Part shown: piece after piece, positions 9,754 to 19,574 of the stretch
Layout: every line of letters starts with the position of its first letter
How positions within the stretch are numbered: the first letter of the stretch is position 1
IMG/VR virus record: IMGVR_UViG_3300016476_000987
Origin: a virus
Lineage: Duplodnaviria; Heunggongvirae; Uroviricota; Caudoviricetes
Strand: one strand, 5' to 3'
Length of the DNA: 64,000 nucleotides
Translations under genes and position numbers: made by a program
Notes under the pieces: model-generated
What the model was told of the DNA's origin: nothing
Seen by the model: the letters and a program-made list of their open reading frames with translations, nothing else
Databases searched by the model: none

Positions 9754-9947
9754 TGGCAAAGAAAGATCTAATAGAGAACGTTGATTATCATGTAGATGAG
9801 AGGGGGAACATAGTTTTCTCCTCTCTCTTTCTCTTAGAAAGAGGCTACTGTTGTGGAAATAAATGCCGGAACTGTCCTTATTCAAAACCTGTGAAAAAAG
9901 GAAATACGGTTATTGACGAACATTTCTTACATTTGAAAAAACAATAA
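9753..9947 (+). CDS. small Cys-rich protein (GYCCGNKCRNCPY), start overlaps RNR stop (TAATG)
   Basis: ATG at 9753 overlaps the RNR stop codon; 64 aa; CCx3CxxC motif. Confidence 0.45.
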   Translation: MAKKDLIENVDYHVDERGNIVFSSLFLLERGYCCGNKCRNCPYSKPVKKGNTVIDEHFLHLKKQ

Positions 9948-9981
9948 ATATATTTATATAAAATTTTTAAATTAAAACTTA

Positions 9982-10641
9982 ATGGAAAAAGTAAAAGCCT
10001 TTATAGTAAATAGGAATCTATTAACTACATTAACTAATACAGTTGAATTTCTTAAAAAAGAATCTAGAGTTGATATTATTATATTCGATCAACAATCTAC
10101 CTATCCCCCTTTATTAGACTATTATAAAAATAGTGGGGTTTCTGTTGTTTTTTCTAATGATAACGACGGTCCTTATAATGTATGGAAAGGCCAATTAAAT
10201 CCTTATTTTAATGATTCTCCTTATATTGTAACAGATTCGGATTGTTTGTATGATACAGTTCCAGACGATTGGTTTGATAAAATGTTAGAAGCTTTGAATA
10301 ATAATCCTGTGCTCAAAGTAGGGTTTTCTTTAGAAATAAATGATTTACCAGATACATACATGGGAAATTCAGCTAGAGGATGGGAAACGGGATATTGGCA
10401 TAGTAAGAATCAATATGGTTGGCAATCTCCTATAGATACAACCTTTGCTTTATATAAGCCACATTCAAGTCATGATATTAATCCTGCGATAAGATTAGAT
10501 AGGCCTTATTGCATAAAACACGTACCTTGGTATTTGACAAAAGAGAACATTACAGAAGAGTGGTTATATTATTTAGAGCATGCGTCCAGCGCTTCTTCAT
10601 GGGGATCAAAACTAAAAAGATTAATTGAAAATGAACAATAA
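9982..10641 (+). CDS. hypothetical protein (possible nucleotide-sugar transferase fold; IVTDSDCLYD acidic motif)
   Basis: ORF; weak DxD-like motif only. Confidence 0.45.
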   Translation: MEKVKAFIVNRNLLTTLTNTVEFLKKESRVDIIIFDQQSTYPPLLDYYKNSGVSVVFSNDNDGPYNVWKGQLNPYFNDSPYIVTDSDCLYDTVPDDWFDKMLEALNNNPVLKVGFSLEINDLPDTYMGNSARGWETGYWHSKNQYGWQSPIDTTFALYKPHSSHDINPAIRLDRPYCIKHVPWYLTKENITEEWLYYLEHASSASSWGSKLKRLIENEQ

Positions 10642-10713
10642 AAAAATGATGATAATCTTTTTAAGTAAACCCATCTATTGACTAGCATTTATTACATTTA
10701 AAAGTAATTATTT

Positions 10714-11295
10714 ATGAATTACATAGGAGACATTTCAAAAAATGATTTTATAGTGCTGAAGCAAGCAGCGGAAATGTATAAAAACATATTAGAATTTGGA
10801 GTAGGCGCTAGCACTCAAGTTATATTGAATTATACTTCCGGTAATTTTTTATCAATTGATACATCATCAGAATGGGTAGATCTTACAAAAAAAAATTTGA
10901 GCTATCTTAATATAAACAAGCCTATAAACATGATGATGTACCATGAGTTTAAACCTTCATTAGACGATAGTTACGATTTTGTATTTAATGATGGAGTCGA
11001 TGAACTTAGATTAGAGTTTGGACTATCTATATTTCCATACATAAAAATTGGAGGCATAATAGCTTATCATGATACAAGGAGAAATAAAGATATACTAAAC
11101 GTAACAAGTCTTATAAATAAATACCATAATGAAATTGATCTTATTGAAGTAAATAAATATGGTTCTAATATTACAGTAATTAGAAAAAAGAAAGAGGAGC
11201 CTTACGAAGATTGGAACATTGCTGAAGGTAAGACTTATTTGAAAAAAGGAGGGTATATATTCAAAGACACTATTCCACCTCCTCATATGGCATAA
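10714..11295 (+). CDS. class I SAM-dependent methyltransferase
   Basis: Motif I ILEFGVGASTQ (hh(D/E)hGxGxG) and acidic post-I motif VFNDGVDE. Confidence 0.6.
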   Translation: MNYIGDISKNDFIVLKQAAEMYKNILEFGVGASTQVILNYTSGNFLSIDTSSEWVDLTKKNLSYLNINKPINMMMYHEFKPSLDDSYDFVFNDGVDELRLEFGLSIFPYIKIGGIIAYHDTRRNKDILNVTSLINKYHNEIDLIEVNKYGSNITVIRKKKEEPYEDWNIAEGKTYLKKGGYIFKDTIPPPHMA

Positions 11296-11333
11296 ATTGC
11301 TAAATATTCCTTACATTTGAAAAAACAATAATT

Positions 11334-11522
11334 ATGGATTGGTTACATTTTTGCTTATTTGCCCTATTGCTAGTTTCTGTAGGAGTGTTATTTTATTTCA
11401 ATAGCAGGCAAAATAAAATAAATACTGCTCTTTCTACATTTACTACCATCGCTAGTTTAGCTTTTGCAGAGGTGAAAAAAGAAATAGACGAACTTAAAGA
11501 AAAACTTGAAAAAAAACAGTAA
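11334..11522 (+). CDS. small membrane protein
   Basis: N-terminal hydrophobic helix LHFCLFALLLVSVGVLFYF. Confidence 0.4.
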   Translation: MDWLHFCLFALLLVSVGVLFYFNSRQNKINTALSTFTTIASLAFAEVKKEIDELKEKLEKKQ

Positions 11523-11524
11523 CT

Positions 11525-11767
11525 ATGCAAGCAGGATCTTTAGTTTTATGCATTCAGGGATATCCTGGCCTTTTAGAAGAAGGGCAAATTTATACCGTTG
11601 ATTCTTTGGAAGAGCATGAGAGAACTAAAACTATAGGAGTATGGTTGTATGAAGTATCTCCTCCCCCTCCGCATCTAGGATTTTCCGTTCATCGATTTAT
11701 TGAAATTCAAGAACCTTTAGACGTTAACTCCTTAGTAAAAGATGTTTTATATGAAAGTAAAAATTAA
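11525..11767 (+). CDS. hypothetical protein
   Basis: ORF only. Confidence 0.4.
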   Translation: MQAGSLVLCIQGYPGLLEEGQIYTVDSLEEHERTKTIGVWLYEVSPPPPHLGFSVHRFIEIQEPLDVNSLVKDVLYESKN

Positions 11768-12176
11768 AAAACTACATCCTAACGCAGTAATTCCTAAATA
11801 CGCAAAGGAAGGAGATGCAGGACTAGACTTAGTAGCTACTGAGGTTTATGAAGACTCTGAGGATCGAATTACTTATGGAACTGGCGTAGCTATAGAAATC
11901 CCCGAAGCATATTTAGGTCTCCTCATGCCTAGATCTTCTGTGAGAAACTATGATCTTATTCTATCAAACTCTGTTGGACTTTCGGATAGCGGATATCGGG
12001 GGGAGATTATGGCTACTTTTAAAAAGACAAAAGGATTCTACAGCAAAGCGTATTTTCCAGGAGAGCGTATTGTTCAATTAGTTATACTACCTTACCCCTA
12101 TATTTCTTTTGAGGAAGTGGAAGAACTGTCTGATTCTGAGAGGGGAGCCACAGGGTTTGGTAGCTCAGGTAAATAA
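11742..12176 (+). CDS. dut: dUTP diphosphatase (dUTPase); true start may be the second ATG at 11751 (MKVKIKKL)
   Basis: Motifs GDAGLDL, PRSSVRNY...GLSDSGYRGEI, ERGATGFGSSG. Confidence 0.9.
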   Translation: MFYMKVKIKKLHPNAVIPKYAKEGDAGLDLVATEVYEDSEDRITYGTGVAIEIPEAYLGLLMPRSSVRNYDLILSNSVGLSDSGYRGEIMATFKKTKGFYSKAYFPGERIVQLVILPYPYISFEEVEELSDSERGATGFGSSGK

Positions 12177-12181
12177 TAGTT

Positions 12182-14485
12182 ATGTTTGATAAGAAGTATG
12201 TTTTGGTAAATAGTGAGGAATCGCTAATAGAAATGGTTTCTCATATTAAATCTTTTAATATTATATCTTTTGATACGGAAACTACTTCTTTAAATCCAAG
12301 GAAAGGCAATATAGTGGGATTGTCCGTATCTGCTGAAGTAGGGATAGGCTATTATATGCCTACTTATTTGATGAAAGAAGGAGAGCTTGTTGAAGCAGAA
12401 ATTGCCGGTACTTCTTGTAAAGAGTTAGCCAGAAAGACCTTTAACTTATTGAAAAAGAAAAAGTTAGTAGGTCATAATCTATCTTTTGACTGTAGGTTTG
12501 TTTATCACGAATATGGTATAGACTTAGTTCCAAGCATTTACGCTGATACTTTATTGTTAGTACACACAGTATCTGAAGAAGGTATTGGCGTAGGCGGATC
12601 TTTTGCTCTTAAAGAAATTGCTAAAGGCATACAAGAGCATATAGGATTAGACATGGATAAAGAGGCTAACGAAGAACAGATAGAACTGAAGGCCTCTATA
12701 AAAGCTAATGGAGGGTCTACTACTAAAGAAAACTACGAAATCTACAAGGCAGATATAGATATTCTGTGTAAGTATGCTTGCGCAGATACTGACTTGACTC
12801 TTAGGGTATTTAATCACTTCTCCGACATACTAAAGGAAGAAAAACTAGAGTCTTTCTTTTATGAAGAAGAGGTTATGCCTTTGTATAAAGAAGTAACCAT
12901 TCCTATGGAAATGAACGGAGTTCTATTAGATATAGAACTCATGGAATCATCTAGAAAAGAAATAAAAGAAGACCTAGCTAAATACAAAAAGTTAGTTATT
13001 TCAGAACTTCTTAAAGATGATAGAGTTAGGGATTGGGTAGTAGCGAAAGCCATAACAGAGTTCCCAACCAGCAATAAAGGGAGGTTTGTCCAAGAATTGA
13101 TAAAAGTAACCGGCCAGGAATTCCCAGTATCTGCTAAAACCGGAAAATACTTAGTAAATGCTACTAATGTAAAATTGTGTGCTAATGAAGAGACTAAAGA
13201 GTTTCTTCTTACGGGAGATCCTAGTCTTATAGATGAAAATCTGTCCCTTAAAATAAGCATATCTTTATGGAAGGAAACTCAAGACGGAGATTTCTTTAAC
13301 ATACAATCCAAAGATCATTTAGGTCAAATAGCTTTTACTGCACTAGGAATGACTCCTATATCTACTACAGATAAAGGAAAGGCTCAATTCGATGATGATT
13401 TTATTCAATCCATCTCTGATAAACATGAGTGGGCTAAGAACTTACGCATATACAATAAACTGCTGAAGATAAAGTCTACATACATGGACCGGTTCCTTGA
13501 AAAGCAAGAGAATGGGATGTACTACTTTTACTATAAGCAGCATGCCACAGTATCCGGAAGATATGGATCAGACGCTCAACAGCTACCCAGACCTAAAGAA
13601 GAAGGAGAAGAGGACCCTATTGTACTGAAATACAATAATCTTATACGGGCTTTCTTTATATCAAAACCAGGGAACGTGTTTATTGATTGTGACTATGAGT
13701 CTTTGGAGCCTAAAGTATTCTCTCATGTATCTGGAGATGAAGGATTAAAGGACATTTTTAAGAATAATTGGGACTTTTACTCTACGATTGCTATAAAAAC
13801 TGAGAAGCTGCATCAGTACTCACCTGACAAAAAGGCACCCAACTACCTAAAGAAACTGGCAAATGATGTAAGACAGAAGGCTAAGGCATACTCTTTGGGG
13901 ATTGCTTATGGCATGGGAGCCTATGCTTTAGGTAAAAATATCAACGTTTCTACCAAAGAAGCAGAGAAGCTTGTCGAAGGTTATCTAAATGGGTTTCCTG
14001 AATTGAAAAGGTGGATGGAAGAATCCAGAGAGTTTGTAAAGAAAAACGGCTATATTAAAACTCAAGTAGGAAGAGTTCGACATTTATCAAAAGTTTCCTA
14101 TCTTTACAAGAAGTTTGGAGATAATCTTTTAGAATGGGATTATCAAAGAAAGCTAGAAGAAAAGCTAGGTAAAGACTTGGTTGTGAATATGGTAAGGGAT
14201 TATAAGAACGGTTTGAATAATGCAATGAACGTACAGATTCAAGGCTTAGCAGCATCTATTGTTAATAGGTCTGCTATAGCTATAAACCGTGCTTTTAAAG
14301 AAGCCGGAATAAAAGGACAAGTAATTGCACAGATTCATGACCAGTTAGTTATGGAAGTAGAAGAGGCAAGAGCGGAGGAGGCATCTAAAATAGTACAGGA
14401 TAAGATGGAAAACACAATCAATCTTACTGTAGAATTGAAAGCTCCTCCTGCTCTTGCTCATAATCTTAGAGATGGTCATGGCTAA
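12182..14485 (+). CDS. polA: DNA polymerase I (family A) with 3'-5' exonuclease domain
   Basis: Exo I ISFDTETTSL; motif A DCDYESLEPKVF; motif B RQKAKAYSLGIAYGMG; motif C QIHDQLVMEV. Confidence 0.95.
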   Translation: MFDKKYVLVNSEESLIEMVSHIKSFNIISFDTETTSLNPRKGNIVGLSVSAEVGIGYYMPTYLMKEGELVEAEIAGTSCKELARKTFNLLKKKKLVGHNLSFDCRFVYHEYGIDLVPSIYADTLLLVHTVSEEGIGVGGSFALKEIAKGIQEHIGLDMDKEANEEQIELKASIKANGGSTTKENYEIYKADIDILCKYACADTDLTLRVFNHFSDILKEEKLESFFYEEEVMPLYKEVTIPMEMNGVLLDIELMESSRKEIKEDLAKYKKLVISELLKDDRVRDWVVAKAITEFPTSNKGRFVQELIKVTGQEFPVSAKTGKYLVNATNVKLCANEETKEFLLTGDPSLIDENLSLKISISLWKETQDGDFFNIQSKDHLGQIAFTALGMTPISTTDKGKAQFDDDFIQSISDKHEWAKNLRIYNKLLKIKSTYMDRFLEKQENGMYYFYYKQHATVSGRYGSDAQQLPRPKEEGEEDPIVLKYNNLIRAFFISKPGNVFIDCDYESLEPKVFSHVSGDEGLKDIFKNNWDFYSTIAIKTEKLHQYSPDKKAPNYLKKLANDVRQKAKAYSLGIAYGMGAYALGKNINVSTKEAEKLVEGYLNGFPELKRWMEESREFVKKNGYIKTQVGRVRHLSKVSYLYKKFGDNLLEWDYQRKLEEKLGKDLVVNMVRDYKNGLNNAMNVQIQGLAASIVNRSAIAINRAFKEAGIKGQVIAQIHDQLVMEVEEARAEEASKIVQDKMENTINLTVELKAPPALAHNLRDGHG

Positions 14486-14514
14486 ATTTATGATATTTAT
14501 AGTAAATAAATACT

Positions 14515-15279
14515 ATGAATAATAACTACGTTGTTTACCAACATAGAAGATTAGATAATAATCAAATTTTTTATGTTGGACAAGGATTGTTAAGCAGAGC
14601 TTATCAAAATCAAGTGAACAGAAGAAACACTAATTGGATAAAAGTAGTCAAAGAAGCAGGAGGATTTATAGTAGATATATTAAAAGAAGGACTTAGTAAA
14701 GAGGAGTCTTTGATTATAGAATCTGAGTATATAAAAAAATATGGAACTATAAAACATAACACTGGAATTCTTGTAAATGAAAGACTGTCCGGGAGTAGAG
14801 GAGTAAAAAGTGGCTACACCCACTCTGAAGAAAAAAGAAAAGAGATAAGCGAAAAAACAAAAAAAGCCATGCAAAATCCGGAAACAAAAAAAAGATTAAT
14901 AGAAAGTCATTTAAAATATTGGGAAAATTCGGAAAATCATATAAAAGCTTCTATTTCTACTAAAGGAGTTCATGCTGGCAGTAAACACCCAATGTACGGT
15001 AAAACTCATTCGGAAGAGTCTAAAGATAAAATGTCAAAAGCTAAATTAGGAAAAAAAAGATCTTTAGAAGCAATTGAAAAATTAAAAAAAAGAATTCCTT
15101 GGAATAAAGGACTTAAAGGAGCATATAAACAAAAACAAGAGACTATAGAAAAAAGAAAAAATACTTTAAAAAATAGACCCTATACTCCTCAAAAAAAAGT
15201 AGAATGTCCTTATTGTAAATTAATAGGCGGTTTTACTAATATGAAAAGATATCACTTTGATAATTGCAAAAACAAATAA
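14515..15279 (+). CDS. GIY-YIG homing endonuclease with NUMOD3-like repeats and C-terminal zinc finger (I-TevI-like, free-standing)
   Basis: YVVYQH...IFYVGQG GIY-YIG core; repeated GKTHSEESKDKMSKA-type NUMOD3 motifs; CPYC...HFDNC. Confidence 0.85.
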   Translation: MNNNYVVYQHRRLDNNQIFYVGQGLLSRAYQNQVNRRNTNWIKVVKEAGGFIVDILKEGLSKEESLIIESEYIKKYGTIKHNTGILVNERLSGSRGVKSGYTHSEEKRKEISEKTKKAMQNPETKKRLIESHLKYWENSENHIKASISTKGVHAGSKHPMYGKTHSEESKDKMSKAKLGKKRSLEAIEKLKKRIPWNKGLKGAYKQKQETIEKRKNTLKNRPYTPQKKVECPYCKLIGGFTNMKRYHFDNCKNK

Positions 15280-15775
15280 ACAAAAGATAATGGTTATTAA
15301 AAAAAACACACATGCTCCGCTTAGGTTTCCTAAATTGCTTATTGGGGAAGTCCTTATTAGCGCTGTTGTAGAATTTACAGACTCTTGTAGGTACGATGTA
15401 GGAGAAGATCAACTAGATGTCAATAAACTATTTGGTATCGGATACTTCCCTACTCATCATACTAATAGCGTAAGATTTGGATGGAGATACGATAAAAATG
15501 TAGATAAGATAGAAATCTTAGCCTACTATTATTTAAATGGTGATAGGCATTTTGATACTCTGACTTGGGCAGATATTGGAGTTTCTTATAGATGCGTTAT
15601 CTTTATTGAGCCCAATAATCATACTTTGTGTATGGGTAAAAAAGATATAGGAAGTTTGTTTGAAGTAGAACATTCCGTTCCTGTTAAAAGAAAATCTGTA
15701 GGGTACCTTCTTAGGCCTTACTTTGGCGGAAACAAAAAAGCACCTCACAACATAGAAATTAAAATTGAGATATGA
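15257..15775 (+). CDS. hypothetical protein (start possibly at later ATG 15290 to avoid overlap with GIY-YIG gene)
   Basis: ORF only. Confidence 0.4.
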   Translation: MIIAKTNKQKIMVIKKNTHAPLRFPKLLIGEVLISAVVEFTDSCRYDVGEDQLDVNKLFGIGYFPTHHTNSVRFGWRYDKNVDKIEILAYYYLNGDRHFDTLTWADIGVSYRCVIFIEPNNHTLCMGKKDIGSLFEVEHSVPVKRKSVGYLLRPYFGGNKKAPHNIEIKIEI

Positions 15776-16068
15776 GAAAAGTAGTAGCATTACACGACAA
15801 AGTTGTTCTTAAAAAAATTGAAGACGAAGACAAAGTAGTAGGAGGGATTATCATTCCCGATACCGGTAAAGAAAAATCAAACTATTTTGAGGTAGTTGAT
15901 ATAGGCCCAGGAATGTACCATCCTCACGTAATTAAAGAATATTATCCTATGGAGACATGTGTAGGAGACGTTGTTATTGTCCCTAAAGCAGTAGTAACGC
16001 AGATAATTGTAGACGGGGATGAATATTATGTTTGTAGAGAAGTAGAAATTCTAGCAATAATTAAGTGA
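15772..16068 (+). CDS. groES: co-chaperonin GroES (Cpn10)
   Basis: LHDKVVLKKIEDEDKVVGGIIIPDTGKEK...VVDIGPG matches GroES pattern (PLGDRVLVKR..EKTAGGIVLPD...VVAVGPG). Confidence 0.85.
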   Translation: MRKVVALHDKVVLKKIEDEDKVVGGIIIPDTGKEKSNYFEVVDIGPGMYHPHVIKEYYPMETCVGDVVIVPKAVVTQIIVDGDEYYVCREVEILAIIK

Positions 16069-16075
16069 TATAGAT

Positions 16076-16285
16076 ATGGACAAACATTTTGCTGTATTAG
16101 TAGATGTTCCTACAAAAGGAGAAATGATGTTGTTTCTTGGTTACTATGAAGATAATAAAGAGCAAATGGATGAAAGATATGAAGAGGTATCTATGGATCT
16201 TCCATTAACTCCTATCCTTGATAAATTGAAATCACACAAGTATAAATTGTTTAAACAAAAAGAAATAAATAATGATCAAGACTGA
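16076..16285 (+). CDS. hypothetical small acidic protein between groES and groEL
   Basis: ORF only. Confidence 0.4.
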   Translation: MDKHFAVLVDVPTKGEMMLFLGYYEDNKEQMDERYEEVSMDLPLTPILDKLKSHKYKLFKQKEINNDQD

Positions 16286-17945
16286 ATTTGGAAATGAGCT
16301 AAAAAGTAAACTGCTCAGCGGTATTTGTAAATTGAATGATAGCGTATCCTCTACTCTCGGTCCTGGAGGTAGAAACGTTATTATCCGGGATGAGGATGGC
16401 AACATTAAAGTAACGAAAGACGGAGTTACTGTAGCCAGGGCTTTCTCTAAGCTTGAGGATGATATTGAAGACATCGGTGCTCAGATGATCCGTAAAGTGT
16501 CTGAGAAGTCTGCTGATAAAGCAGGAGACGGTACTACAACCTCTACTCTCCTGGCTACTGTAATGGTAGAAGAAGGAATCAAAGTTATCACTCAGGGATG
16601 TAATGCCGTAGAAGTTAAAAAGGGTATTGACATTGGAGTAAAAAAAGTAGTAAGCCTTCTTAAAGAACTCTCAAGAGAAATCTCTTCTGATGATCAAATC
16701 AAACAAGTAGCTACTATCTCTGCCAATAACGATGTTGAAGTAGGAAATCTTATTGCAACAGCGATTGATAAAGTAGGTACTGACGGTGTTGTAGCTATTG
16801 AAGAATCTAAGACTGGTGAGACTTCTCTGGAAGTTGTTGAGGGTATGATGTTTGATCGTGGGTACAAATCCCCTTATTTTGTCACCAATCAGAATACTAT
16901 GCAAGCCGTTCTGGAAAAGCCACTTGTATTTCTGTATGATGGCAAAATAATGAACTCTAGCCAAGCAGTACCAGTTCTACAAGCAGCTGCTATGGAAAAT
17001 AGGCCCCTTCTTATTGTTGCGGAAGAAATCGAAGGAGAAGCCCTGGCTCTTCTTGTAGTAAATAAAGCTAATCAAACGATTAAGGTCTGTGCAGTAAAAG
17101 CTCCAGACTTTGGAGATCGTAGGACTGCTATTCTGGAGGACATCGCTATTCTAACCGGTGGAACTGTCCTGTCTCCTAACAAAGGTCACAAGCTTGATAA
17201 AATGAAGCCGACCGAGTTCAAAGCACATTTCGGAGAAGCAAGGGTAGTTAATGTTACTTCTAAAGACACTACAATCGTAGATGGAAAAGGATCAGCAGAG
17301 GCTATTGAGCAAAGACTGAACGAGATTAAGACTCAAATTGATATTGCTAAGTCTAATTTTGAGATTGAGAAACTTCAAGAAAGGTTGTCTAAACTTACTG
17401 GAGGAGTAGCTATCGTTAACGTAGGAGGTCTTAGTGAAGTGGAAATGAAGGAAAAGAAAGATCGTGTAGAAGATGCTCTTTACGCTACCAAAGCTGCGTT
17501 GGATCAAGGTATTGTCCCAGGAGGAGGAATGGCCCTTGTTATGTGCTCTTATAGGCTTCTTAAAGAAGCTATTACTGAGAACTCAGATCAACAAATTGGA
17601 GTTAGTATTGTATATAAATCATTAGTAGCTCCATTCAGAAAGATTATGCAAAATGCAGGGATTGAAGATTATCATTCTATGCTTAGTGAAATTCGTGATC
17701 TTAGAGTCGAGCATGAAAAGAAGCATCCCGAAGATCCTATGTTTCTCTGGTATGGATACAATGTGAAACTTGGAAATTTTGTTAACATGTATAAGGAAGG
17801 GATTATAGATCCGACTAAAGTAACTAGGACCGCCATAGAGAACGCAGCTAGCGTAGCCGGTACAATCCTTACTACAGAATCAGTAATCTTCTCAGTAGGA
17901 GAAAAAAAGAAAGAAGAAATTGATTACAGCCAATTCATGCAATAA
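16272..17945 (+). CDS. groEL: chaperonin GroEL (Cpn60)
   Basis: [41 protein letters not shown]; 557 aa. Confidence 0.95.
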   Translation: MIKTEFGNELKSKLLSGICKLNDSVSSTLGPGGRNVIIRDEDGNIKVTKDGVTVARAFSKLEDDIEDIGAQMIRKVSEKSADKAGDGTTTSTLLATVMVEEGIKVITQGCNAVEVKKGIDIGVKKVVSLLKELSREISSDDQIKQVATISANNDVEVGNLIATAIDKVGTDGVVAIEESKTGETSLEVVEGMMFDRGYKSPYFVTNQNTMQAVLEKPLVFLYDGKIMNSSQAVPVLQAAAMENRPLLIVAEEIEGEALALLVVNKANQTIKVCAVKAPDFGDRRTAILEDIAILTGGTVLSPNKGHKLDKMKPTEFKAHFGEARVVNVTSKDTTIVDGKGSAEAIEQRLNEIKTQIDIAKSNFEIEKLQERLSKLTGGVAIVNVGGLSEVEMKEKKDRVEDALYATKAALDQGIVPGGGMALVMCSYRLLKEAITENSDQQIGVSIVYKSLVAPFRKIMQNAGIEDYHSMLSEIRDLRVEHEKKHPEDPMFLWYGYNVKLGNFVNMYKEGIIDPTKVTRTAIENAASVAGTILTTESVIFSVGEKKKEEIDYSQFMQ

Positions 17946-17960
17946 TTTAAATTAATAAAA

Positions 17961-18200
17961 ATGGAGCATAATCCCCTAGCAGGAGTTAAATTTGAACAGA
18001 CATCCGGAGTAGTTTGTGAAAAATGTAAAGAAGCTGTTTTTTCCGAAGCTCTTATCCTTAGAAAGGTGTCTAGATTTTTGGTAGCCACTACTAGTAATAA
18101 AGACACTCTTATTCCGGTACCTGTTTTTTATTGCGTAAATTGCAAGCACGTCAATAAAGAATTTTTACCGGAAGGGTACACACAAGAGGATTCAGAATGA
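17961..18200 (+). CDS. zinc-ribbon protein (CEKC...CVNC)
   Basis: Two CxxC pairs. Confidence 0.5.
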   Translation: MEHNPLAGVKFEQTSGVVCEKCKEAVFSEALILRKVSRFLVATTSNKDTLIPVPVFYCVNCKHVNKEFLPEGYTQEDSE

Positions 18201-18376
18201 ACATAGATGAGATAAATGACAAAATAAAGATTTGTCAACAAAAAATTAACAGTTGCAGTGAAAGATTAGAAGCCGTAACTGATTCCAATACTTCTATGGA
18301 TGAGTACAATAATATCGTCCTGGAATTAGATAAAGCTATAGACGAACTTACTGAACTGATTAAAATCATAGAATGA
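18197..18376 (+). CDS. small coiled-coil protein (59 aa), ATGA overlaps with both neighbours
   Basis: ATG at 18197 overlaps upstream TGA; stop overlaps next ATG at 18373; below the 60-aa ORF-track cutoff. Confidence 0.35.
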   Translation: MNIDEINDKIKICQQKINSCSERLEAVTDSNTSMDEYNNIVLELDKAIDELTELIKIIE

Positions 18377-19308
18377 AAGAGTTCCTGGGTATTTCTGAAG
18401 AGATAAAGAATAAAATAAGAGAAGGGAAGAGGAGCGATCAAAAGAATATTTCTTTTAGTCAATTCTCGGTTTACGAATCTTGTCCGTACCGTTGGTACCT
18501 TACTTATGCTAAGGGAAACTATCTGTTTTCGGCTAGCATAAATACTGTATTTGGTACAGCTATTCATGAAGCTCTTCAGGAATACCTCAGGATCTTATTT
18601 GAAGTAAGTGCTAAAGAAGCAGATCGTTCTGATATTTTAGGCATATTTGAAACCTCTTTTAAAAGAGAGTACTTAAAAGAAGTAGAAAGTAATGGAGGAG
18701 TTCATTTTTCTAATAAAATAGAAATGATGGAGTTCTATGAAGATGGAGTACAAATATTAGAACAGTTTAGAAAAAAAAGGCAGCAGTTCTTTTCTAATAG
18801 AAAGCAAGAACTTTTAGGAATGGAAATTCCTTTATTAGTAGAAATAAAGGAAGACACTGATACTTTTTTATTCAATGGATTTATTGATTTAATTTATCGA
18901 GATAAAGAAGACGGTACGATTTACATAGAAGATATAAAAACATCCACAAAAGGCTGGTCTAAATATGAAAAGTCAGATGAGACCAAACTTTCACAGCTTC
19001 TTCTATATAAAAACTTCTTTTCTAAGCAATATGGATTTGACAAGAAAGATATTGTCCCCCAGTTCAGAATTCTAAAAAGAAAGCTTTGGGAAAATGCAGA
19101 ATTCCCTCAGAGCAGGATACAAACTCATGAGCCAGCGAATGGTACAGCAAAAGTAAATAATGCAGTACAAAGGCTTAATGTGTTCATCAATGAATGTTTT
19201 AATATTGATGGTACGCCTAAAGAAAAAGAGTATCCTAAAAAACCTTCCACTAATAATTGTAGATTTTGTCCTTTTAAAGATAGGCCGGATTTGTGCAATA
19301 AAAAGTAA
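18373..19308 (+). CDS. PD-(D/E)xK nuclease with Fe-S cluster cysteines (Cas4/RecB-like exonuclease)
   Basis: N-terminal ESCPYRW Cys; GFIDLIYRDKEDGTIYIEDIKTS (D..EDIK PD-ExK core); C-terminal CRFCPFKDRPDLC. Confidence 0.7.
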   Translation: MKEFLGISEEIKNKIREGKRSDQKNISFSQFSVYESCPYRWYLTYAKGNYLFSASINTVFGTAIHEALQEYLRILFEVSAKEADRSDILGIFETSFKREYLKEVESNGGVHFSNKIEMMEFYEDGVQILEQFRKKRQQFFSNRKQELLGMEIPLLVEIKEDTDTFLFNGFIDLIYRDKEDGTIYIEDIKTSTKGWSKYEKSDETKLSQLLLYKNFFSKQYGFDKKDIVPQFRILKRKLWENAEFPQSRIQTHEPANGTAKVNNAVQRLNVFINECFNIDGTPKEKEYPKKPSTNNCRFCPFKDRPDLCNKK

Positions 19309-19364
19309 GTAATTTCTTTCGTTTTTGCATATTTGTATATATTTATATATACAAACTGTATATT

Positions 19365-19562
19365 ATGCGAAGCGAAAACTTAAAACTTACTTCCGTAAAA
19401 ATACATAAGGATTTAGCTGACAACTTTAAAGTTGAAAGTGCGTTGACTGGTTTTTCGTTGCAAAAACTGGTCAATCGGAGTTTGCACCTGTTTATGACAG
19501 ATCCAGACTTCAAAGTAAAACTTATGTCTTATAGCACACTCTCACCGAGCGGAAGTCTTTAA
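19365..19562 (+). CDS. hypothetical small protein
   Basis: ORF only. Confidence 0.35.
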   Translation: MRSENLKLTSVKIHKDLADNFKVESALTGFSLQKLVNRSLHLFMTDPDFKVKLMSYSTLSPSGSL

Positions 19563-19574
19563 AAGAAATGATTT

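Noticed and set aside
2381-17507. Numerous 60-180-aa antisense ORFs nested inside large + strand genes (for example 2381-2599, 3433-3987, 4302-4772, 6653-6976, 8167-8439, 12859-13260, 16671-16964)
   Set aside because: They are fully contained within genes that carry strong catalytic motifs, and the region shows clear one-strand polarity. No independent support.
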